A stretch of 64,000 bases of DNA, taken from NCBI GenBank assembly GCA_964195405.1, contig CAXMPK010000267.1:6602-70601 (forward strand), in the 5' to 3' direction. Below the pieces are notes generated by a model, which saw only the letters and a list, made by a program, of their open reading frames with translations, did no database searches and had not been told where the DNA came from. This stretch comes from an uncultured Acidimicrobiia bacterium (GTDB lineage: Bacteria > Actinomycetota > Acidimicrobiia > Spongiisociales > ZC4RG35). This document shows, piece by piece, positions 58,386-64,000 of this stretch (position 1 is its first letter; each line of letters opens with the position of its first letter). The translations under genes were made by a program, and so were the position numbers.

Positions 58386-58901
58386 TCAGCCGGTGGACAC
58401 GAGTACCGCGATCTGACCATCGGCCGCCGCCATGGCCACCTCACCGGCGCGGTTTGGCTCCACCGCGATTGCGCCAGATGTGGCGGCGAATGGATCGTCG
58501 TCGGACACTGATGTCACTACCCCTTCGACCACCTCACCGGTCGTCAATAAGACCACCCTCACCCGATCTCCCGGACTGGTTTTGGTAGGGACGTCAGCCG
58601 AGACGATCCACCATCCTGATGGGATGTGGGATTGCTTGTCGGTGACGTCACTGGCGAGCACCGGGTCGCCGGGGAGAATCGATCTGGTGGCAACACCGGT
58701 CTCGACCGGTTCGAGCAACCCTTTGGGGATTTGGCGGAACTCGGTGTTGACCGTGTCGACCTCGTCTCCGATAGCGATTGCTGTGATCGCGAATGGGTGT
58801 TCGACTGATGGATCTGGACGAAGTTCGATCCACAGGGCGAGAGTCGCTAGGAGACTCGCTATCAGCCATCGGCCCCACGGAGGGGTTTGGAGCCAGAGCA
58901 T
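58386..58901 (-). CDS. SAF-domain protein (CpaB-like N-terminus)
   Basis: N-terminal TM segment followed by a beta-rich SAF-like segment (..I.PGDPV..SDV..). Confidence 0.55.
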   Translation of the reverse strand: MLWLQTPPWGRWLIASLLATLALWIELRPDPSVEHPFAITAIAIGDEVDTVNTEFRQIPKGLLEPVETGVATRSILPGDPVLASDVTDKQSHIPSGWWIVSADVPTKTSPGDRVRVVLLTTGEVVEGVVTSVSDDDPFAATSGAIAVEPNRAGEVAMAAADGQIAVLVSTG

Positions 58902-58944
58902 GTTCCGACCGTACGGAGTGCGTTCGCCGGTTTGAAGGGGGACG

Positions 58945-58985
58945 TTGTCTGTCTTACCGACAGATTTGTCTGTCGTTACGACAGA
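58945..58985. repeat. two tandem palindromic units TCTGTC-N5-GACAGA
   Basis: TTGTCTGTCTTACCGACAGA (58945-58964) and TTTGTCTGTCGTTACGACAGA (58965-58985). The centres are 21 bp apart. The units lie between the fmdB-like stop and the SAF gene start. Confidence 0.85.
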
Positions 58986-58987
58986 GG

Positions 58988-59299
58988 TCAGGACCTATCT
59001 GAGCTCGAACTAGTGCTCTTTGCCTTCTCTTTGGTCTTCGATTTCGAATCAGACTTTGAGTCGGACTTTTTGGCATCTTTCTTATCCCCCTTCTTGGAAG
59101 GGGTCTTCTCGGGCTCGGTGGAAGTCTTGGAATCGGTGGCGTAGAACCCTCCACCTTTGAAAACGATGCCACGTGCGTGAAACACCTTCTGGAGCTCGCC
59201 ACCACAGATATCGTGCTTCTTCAGTGGTTTGTCCGAAAAGGACTGATGGACGTCGAAGTTATCGCCGCAGTTCTTACAGACGTATTCATATGTAGGCAT
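58988..59299 (-). CDS. FmdB-family zinc-ribbon protein with Ser/Lys-rich tail
   Basis: MPTYEYVCKNCG..F.V.QSF.D......C..CGG.L.KVF motif. The low-complexity tail reads ..KKSDSKSDSKSKTKEK... Start at the internal ATG 59299. Confidence 0.85.
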   Translation of the reverse strand: MPTYEYVCKNCGDNFDVHQSFSDKPLKKHDICGGELQKVFHARGIVFKGGGFYATDSKTSTEPEKTPSKKGDKKDAKKSDSKSDSKSKTKEKAKSTSSSSDRS

Positions 59300-59371
59300 G
59301 GATGTTTGACCGCTCGTACAGAAGTGGAAGTGGCAATGGTAGAACCGGGGAGACCGTAGCGGGAGTGTCCA

Positions 59372-60040
59372 TTGGGACACTCCAACCTCTTCAGCGGAGC
59401 TGAAGAGGCATCTTCCATTCCTTCAACAGTCAATAAGATCGTCTTCGTGCCTCTTGCTCTCGCCCTTGTCGCCGCCTACGTCGTGGGTTCCATCGACTTC
59501 GCTGTGATTATCGGCCGAATGCACGGAGTTGATATCCACGAGGTGGGTAGTGGCAATCCCGGCACTTCGAATGTTCTCCGAACGCTGGGCAAGGGCCCGG
59601 CAATCATGGTCTTGTTGGGAGATACCTTGAAGGGAGTTATTGGAGCCGCCATGGGTTGGGTGGCTTCTGGTGACGCCAATCCGTTGGGGCCATGGGTATT
59701 CGCTGCCGGGCTGGCTGCAGTGATTGGTCACTGCTACCCGGTCTTCCACAAGTTCAGAGGGGGCAAAGGTGTGGCCACCGGGTTCGGCGTCCTCATCTTC
59801 ACCATGCCTTTGGTTGCCGTGATCGTTGGTTTGTCTTGGGCCATTCTCACCAAAATCACCAAGACCGCCTCGGTCTCTTCGATGATCGTGGTCTCGGGGA
59901 CCATTCCGCTGGCCTTCTGGCAGGGGGTTTCGGGAATGGCGTGGGTCTGGCTTCTGGCCACGATCGCTTTGGTTGTTTGGCGTCACAAAGCCAACATTCA
60001 GCGGATGGCAAGAGGTACCGAGGAGAAGGTCACCACATGA
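59372..60040 (+). CDS. plsY: glycerol-3-phosphate acyltransferase
   Basis: Motifs ..GSIDFAVIIGR..G.D....GSGNPG.SNVLR.LG.. and ..GHCYPVFHKFRGGKGVATG.G. TTG at 59372 has a GGGAG SD. An alternative GTG lies at 59447. Confidence 0.85.
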   Translation: MGHSNLFSGAEEASSIPSTVNKIVFVPLALALVAAYVVGSIDFAVIIGRMHGVDIHEVGSGNPGTSNVLRTLGKGPAIMVLLGDTLKGVIGAAMGWVASGDANPLGPWVFAAGLAAVIGHCYPVFHKFRGGKGVATGFGVLIFTMPLVAVIVGLSWAILTKITKTASVSSMIVVSGTIPLAFWQGVSGMAWVWLLATIALVVWRHKANIQRMARGTEEKVTT

Positions 60041-60834
60041 GCATCGATGTTGCCCTGATTCCAGCAGCGGGGCGAGGCACCCGGATGCGTCCCGCCACCC
60101 GCGTTGTTCCCAAAGCTTTGCTCACGGTTGTTGACCGGCCAGCCATTCAATATGCCGTCGAGGAGGCGGCCCGCGCCGGGGCCAAGGAGGCGATCGTTGT
60201 TGTCGACCATGACGTTGGGCAGATGGTCTCCCAACACTTCAGCCTCGAGGACCCCCTCCCCGGCCTCGGGGACATCGTCATCCGGCCGGTGACCCAAGAG
60301 GAGCCGCTGGGGCTCGGACATGCTGTCAACGAAGCGGCCGATATGGTGGGGGACCGACCCTTCTTCTGTCTGCTGTTCGACAACATTGTTCGACCCGGGG
60401 GTGACGTGCTCATGCACCTGGCTGATGGGAGCCAAAACGGAACGAGGTCGGTGATGTGTCTTCGCGAACTGAGCGACGAGTTCCTCTCCAGATATGGTGT
60501 TGTCGTGCCGGCATCGAACGTCGACGACGGCTATCTCGATCTGGCAGGGGCCGTGGAGAAGCCGGGTCCAGAGAAGGCACCGTCCCGTTTTGGTCTTGTT
60601 GGACGCTACGTGTTCACACCTGAGGTGTTTTCGATCCTGGACGAGACGACGCCAGGTGTTGGGGGAGAGATCCAACTGACAGACGCCATCAACGAGCTAG
60701 GCAAGCGGGGGCGTCTCCGCGGCTGGGTTGGAGATCAGGATCTGCTCGATGTAGGCACCCCAGAAGGCCTCCTCCATGCCACCTACCGGTTGGGGTCACA
60801 CCAGTTCGGGCCGGAGGTGTTCGAGGACCAATGA
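60037..60834 (+). CDS. galU: UTP--glucose-1-phosphate uridylyltransferase
   Basis: Motifs ..IPAAGRGTRMRPATRVVPKALL.V.D.P.IQY.VEEA..AG... An ATGA overlap with the plsY stop fixes the start. The track ORF's 5' extension is antisense-like overlap. Confidence 0.85.
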   Translation: MSIDVALIPAAGRGTRMRPATRVVPKALLTVVDRPAIQYAVEEAARAGAKEAIVVVDHDVGQMVSQHFSLEDPLPGLGDIVIRPVTQEEPLGLGHAVNEAADMVGDRPFFCLLFDNIVRPGGDVLMHLADGSQNGTRSVMCLRELSDEFLSRYGVVVPASNVDDGYLDLAGAVEKPGPEKAPSRFGLVGRYVFTPEVFSILDETTPGVGGEIQLTDAINELGKRGRLRGWVGDQDLLDVGTPEGLLHATYRLGSHQFGPEVFEDQ

Positions 60835-62060
60835 GACCACTAGAAGACGTTCGCGCTCACGTCTTGTCAACCGTCGGTCGTCTCGAAACTGAGCAGATCG
60901 ACTTTCGAGACGGATTGTGGCGTGTCCTGGCCGAGCCGGTGGTCGCAACTGAGAATGTGCCTCCTTTCGCTAATTCGGCTATGGACGGTTTCGCTGTACA
61001 AGGAGCCGACGTAGAAGACGCCGGGGCGGAGCTTCTCATTCTCGAGGATGTCGCCGCGGGACAGGTTGCAGGTTCAAAGGTCAGTTCGGGTGATGCGATC
61101 AGGATCATGACCGGGGCTCCAATGCCCGACGGTGCCGACACGGTGGTGAGAGTTGAGGACACTGCTGCAGAGGACGGAAAAGTTTCTGTCAGCGTCTCGG
61201 TGCCTGGAGGCACCTACGTCCGACCGGCCGGGGGAGACGTCGCTGCTGGTCAAAAAGTGTTCGACGCCGGTGTTCGGATGGGTCCGATGCACGTCGGTGT
61301 CCTGGCCACACTCGGGCAGGTGGCACCCGTGGTGTCCCGTCGGCCCAAGGTCGCAATCATGTCGACCGGCGATGAGCTTCAGCCACCCGAAACTCGCGAT
61401 CTCGGCCCAGGGATGATTCGCGATTCGAATCGACCGATGCTCCGATCGATTCTCCAGGCGGTTGGGGTCGACATCCTCGACATCGGAACTATCCCTGATG
61501 ACGCCGACGCCTTGAGGGCCGCGCTTGGTCGTGCCGCCGTCGAGTCCGACCTCATCGTCACGACCGGTGGTGTCTCGATGGGTGATTATGACGTGACCAA
61601 GGCGGTGCTCGAGGATGACACCGGGGTCGAATTCATCTCGGTTGCCATGAAACCCGGCAAACCCTTTGCCTTCGGACAGCTTGGGGGTACCCCTTTCTTC
61701 GGTCTGCCCGGCAATCCGGTTTCGGTCATGGTGTCCTTCGAGCAGTTTGTCCGCCCGGCGCTGTTGTCGATGCAGGGAGCCGTCCGGGTGCTTCGCCCCC
61801 AAGTCCTCGGGATCGCCGGGGAGAATCTGCTCACCGACCCCGAGAAGACGGTATTCCTGAGGGTTGAAACTTCATATCGCGATAGCCAGCTCGTGGCGAC
61901 ACCCACCGGTAGTCAAGCCTCCAACGTCCTCTCAGGTGCGGCAGCGGCTGATGCATTCGCCGTGGTGCCGCGTGGTGTGGCCGACATCGAGGAGGGCCGT
62001 CCTGTGATTCTCGAGTTGTTCCGTGCTCTCGAGACGAGAAAGGTCGACGATGCCATCTGA
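60831..62060 (+). CDS. moeA: molybdopterin molybdotransferase
   Basis: Motifs ..PPF.NSAMDGFAV.., ..I.TGAP.P.GAD.VV..E.. and ..TGGVSMGDYD... ATGA overlap with galU. Confidence 0.9.
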   Translation: MRPLEDVRAHVLSTVGRLETEQIDFRDGLWRVLAEPVVATENVPPFANSAMDGFAVQGADVEDAGAELLILEDVAAGQVAGSKVSSGDAIRIMTGAPMPDGADTVVRVEDTAAEDGKVSVSVSVPGGTYVRPAGGDVAAGQKVFDAGVRMGPMHVGVLATLGQVAPVVSRRPKVAIMSTGDELQPPETRDLGPGMIRDSNRPMLRSILQAVGVDILDIGTIPDDADALRAALGRAAVESDLIVTTGGVSMGDYDVTKAVLEDDTGVEFISVAMKPGKPFAFGQLGGTPFFGLPGNPVSVMVSFEQFVRPALLSMQGAVRVLRPQVLGIAGENLLTDPEKTVFLRVETSYRDSQLVATPTGSQASNVLSGAAAADAFAVVPRGVADIEEGRPVILELFRALETRKVDDAI

Positions 62061-62541
62061 TCAGGAGTTCACCCATCTGAACAAGACAGGAGAGGTGCAC
62101 ATGGTGGATGTTGGCTCGAAGGATTCAACCTCGCGAGTGGCGGTCGCTGAGGGACTGGTGGCCATGTCGTCGGATCTGGCGTCGCGGTTCTTTGAGGGAG
62201 ATCTCCCCAAGGGTGACGCCGCCGCGGTCGCCAGGATTGCCGGTATCACCGGAGCCAAGAAGACCTCGGATCTGATACCGCTTTGCCACCCGATTTCGCT
62301 TACCGGTGTCGAAGTGACGCTAGAGCCGGCTTCACATGGGGTGCGTATTACGGCTACCGTTTCCACCACAGGCCAGACCGGTGTTGAAATGGAGGCGATG
62401 ACAGCCGTTTCAACCGCAGCCCTGACGGTCTACGACATGGTCAAAAGCGTCGAGCGCGGCGTCACCATTGAGACTGTCCGTCTGATTCACAAAGCGGGTG
62501 GAAGATCGGGCGAATGGACCCGGCCAAAGGTCGTTGATTGA
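62050..62541 (+). CDS. moaC: cyclic pyranopterin monophosphate synthase
   Basis: Motifs ..HMVDVG.K..T.R.A.A.., ..KGD...VARIAGI.GAK.TS.LIPLCHP and ..TGVEMEA.TA...A.LT.YDM.K... Confidence 0.9.
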   Translation: MPSDQEFTHLNKTGEVHMVDVGSKDSTSRVAVAEGLVAMSSDLASRFFEGDLPKGDAAAVARIAGITGAKKTSDLIPLCHPISLTGVEVTLEPASHGVRITATVSTTGQTGVEMEAMTAVSTAALTVYDMVKSVERGVTIETVRLIHKAGGRSGEWTRPKVVD

Positions 62542-62590
62542 GTGTGGTCATCACCACTACGCTCAGTGTTGGACGGAGCAACTAGGAGAC

Positions 62591-63028
62591 ATGGAAACTA
62601 GCGTCATAGTTGGCCTGCTTGTCATAGCAGCCGTGTGGAGCGTCTACCTCCTCCCTATGGTTTTTGGGGAGCGCAAGGAAGCATTGAGTTCCACCGAGGA
62701 GTTCGATCGCTGGACCCACTCGATGGCTTATGTCCAGAAGCACACCGCATCTGACCTGGCAGCCAGCCACCGTGACGGGGTCCAACGTCGGAGACGGCGA
62801 ACCCTCGCTGTTCTACTCGGGCTGACAGTTCTCAGCCTTTTTGGGGCCTGGTACTTCAACTCGCTCCCGTTGTTGTTGTCTGGACTCTTCTTTGGCTCTC
62901 TGGTCACCTTGTATTTGCTGGTTCTGGCCCAGCTGAAGCAGCGGCGCAACCTTCGCCTGAAGGTCACACATGTGGCCGAGCGCACTCCTGAATGGGAGGA
63001 GCCGCAGGTCAAGGTCGTCGGTAGTTGA
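62591..63028 (+). CDS. hypothetical membrane protein
   Basis: ATG with an AGGAG SD. Three TM segments. No family recognised. Confidence 0.5.
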   Translation: METSVIVGLLVIAAVWSVYLLPMVFGERKEALSSTEEFDRWTHSMAYVQKHTASDLAASHRDGVQRRRRRTLAVLLGLTVLSLFGAWYFNSLPLLLSGLFFGSLVTLYLLVLAQLKQRRNLRLKVTHVAERTPEWEEPQVKVVGS

Positions 63029-63636
63029 ACCTCGATTCGATCGGTCAGATCCGCACAATTCTCGATGCTCGGTTCGCCGCGCGCGAGAAGGGAATCACCG
63101 GATCGAGACGGGTGATTCGAGCATCGGCAAACGGCATCCGCGCGCTGCATCGACGTGAATGGGACCAGGCTGCCGCGTTGATCGACACGGCAGAGGCCGA
63201 GTTGGCGGAAATCTCCGACGCTCTCGTAGACCACCCCGAGATGAAACACGCTGGTTTCGTGAGTGACGCCGCCAAGGAATACGCCGAGGCCCGGATCACC
63301 CAAGCAGTCTTCACGGATGTGGAGATCCCAACCTTCGAGGATTTGGAAATGGACCCTGTGCCTTATCTCCATGGGCTGGGTGAGGCCGTGGGGGAGATGC
63401 GTCGTCGCATGCTCGACCTTCTCCGCGATGAGAAACTGGTCGAGGCGGAGACAACCCTCGAGGAGATGGACGACATCGTCGACATGCTGGCCAGCATCGA
63501 CTACCCCGACGGCATGACCAACGGTCTGCGTCGAACAACCGACGTGTTCAGGTCACTCGTCGAGCGCTCCCGCTCAGACCTCACCGCGACAATCGTTCAG
63601 GAGCGCCTCCGCGAAGACCTCGCGAACCTCAGCTAG
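63025..63636 (+). CDS. translin/TRAX family protein
   Basis: ..AAKEYAEARITQAVF.. parallels the TRAX QEYVEA segment. ..PYLHGLGEAVGEMRRRMLDLL.. parallels DYLLG.AD.TGELMR. The protein looks all-helical and is about 200 aa. TTGA overlap start. Confidence 0.65.
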   Translation: MNLDSIGQIRTILDARFAAREKGITGSRRVIRASANGIRALHRREWDQAAALIDTAEAELAEISDALVDHPEMKHAGFVSDAAKEYAEARITQAVFTDVEIPTFEDLEMDPVPYLHGLGEAVGEMRRRMLDLLRDEKLVEAETTLEEMDDIVDMLASIDYPDGMTNGLRRTTDVFRSLVERSRSDLTATIVQERLREDLANLS

Positions 63637-63703
63637 TACGACCCGTATCCGGTCCGAATCAGCTCATCCTCGCGGCGCCGATAGAATTCCCCGCTCCCGC
63701 AAA

Positions 63704-63777
63704 GGGGCTGTAGCTCAGCCTGGCAGAGCACCTCGTTCGCAACGAGGGGGTCACGGGTTCAAATCCCGTCAGCTCCA
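63704..63777 (+). tRNA. tRNA-Ala (anticodon CGC)
   Basis: I folded the cloverleaf by hand. The acceptor is GGGGCTG/CAGCTCC with the G3:U70 Ala identity pair. The anticodon loop is TTCGCAA and the T-arm is ACGGG-TTCAAAT-CCCGT. CCA is not encoded. Confidence 0.95.
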
Positions 63778-63882
63778 CAACAGAAATGCATGCTATCTGC
63801 TGGCGAAAACACTGGTCTGCTCCTTTACGTCTCTTGTCCGCGGAGTTATTCGTCACATTTCCGTCACACGAGCTATCGATTC

Positions 63883-64000
63883 TTAAGATTTCGCTATCTC
63901 TGAGTAGTCAGGCGTGGCGTCGGCTGCTCCTGAGTCATCCGGCTGTATCCACTTCGCATACACCTCGGCCGTGACCCGAGGAGTGCTGTGTCCTAGGCGT
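63883..64000 (-). CDS. tyrosine recombinase/integrase, C-terminal 38 codons (gene continues beyond window end)
   Basis: Not in the ORF track. My reverse translation is RLGHSTPRVTAEVYAKWIQPDDSGAADATPDYSEIAKS*. The LGHS....T...Y block is the conserved C-terminal box carrying the catalytic Tyr. It lies about 105 nt from the tRNA-Ala 3' end. Confidence 0.7.
   Translation of the reverse strand, partial: RLGHSTPRVTAEVYAKWIQPDDSGAADATPDYSEIAKS

Noticed and set aside
58990-59110. Short periodic repeats (GACTTTGAGTCGGACTTT.. / GATTTCGAATCAGAC..) that at first glance looked like a tandem repeat or mini-array.
   Set aside because: They encode the low-complexity Ser/Asp/Lys tail (..KKSDSKSDSKSKTKEK..) of the FmdB-like protein. 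There is no spacer/repeat architecture, so this is not a CRISPR array.
59692-60036. 5' extension of the galU ORF (380 aa in the track), overlapping most of plsY.
   Set aside because: The extension is an out-of-frame overlap of plsY with a Gly/Arg-rich non-protein-like translation. The conserved GalU N-terminus begins at the ATG at 60037, which forms an ATGA overlap with the plsY stop. I applied the same logic to the 20773-21060, 45781-46491, 18918-19034, 28715-28831 and 6753-6866 extensions.
63682-63687. TAGAAT -10-like hexamer 17 nt upstream of tRNA-Ala, a possible tRNA promoter.
   Set aside because: It is plausible, but I found no convincing -35 element at 16-18 nt. A single hexamer is too weak to report as a feature.
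63659-63856. 65-aa minus-strand ORF.
   Set aside because: It overlaps the tRNA-Ala gene on the opposite strand and is an artefact.

Overview
This is a high-GC, gene-dense chromosomal segment. Gene content suggests an actinobacterium, possibly of the Acidimicrobiia type: menaquinone genes, ino1, an F420/LLM oxidoreductase, a class E sortase, SufB and an MprAB/PepD-like module. The lineage call is inference only. I support about 72 protein genes, 2 clear pseudogene remnants, 1 tRNA-Ala(CGC), 1 cobalamin riboswitch and several hairpins or repeats.

Most of the window is housekeeping. From start to end it contains:
- a truncated ppdK at the window start;
- menA-menB / menE;
- arfB, ino1 and sufB;
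- a two-component system followed by an HtrA-like protease;
- a B12-riboswitch-controlled btuFCD-like operon with cobO;
- a DrrAB-like exporter;
- rlmN with a LysM-M23 hydrolase;
- ggt;
- two membrane HD/HD-GYP proteins;
- acnA with a SufR-like regulator and mrp;
- a polyamine/agmatine utilisation cluster;
- dapB, uppP, plsY-galU-moeA-moaC and a translin/TRAX-like gene.

The window ends with tRNA-Ala abutting the 3' end of a tyrosine-integrase gene, so a genomic island appears to start at the right edge and lies mostly outside the window.

I found no CRISPR array, rRNA, transposase or recognisable defence-type multi-gene system inside the window. The observations most worth follow-up are:
- a 23-bp tandem duplication that creates a chain of GTGA stop/start overlaps through two 8-codon mini-ORFs (47469-47526);
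- a structured leader of about 400 nt, with spaced direct repeats, upstream of a paired HD-GYP / degenerate-HD / DUF5317 locus;
- a SufR-like regulator separated from an orphan sufB and embedded among Fe-S-related genes;
- two deletion scars (an M15 peptidase remnant next to sufB, and a potA remnant);
- tandem palindromic sites downstream of fmdB.

All functional calls rest on my own recognition of motifs in the translated ORFs. No database search was run.
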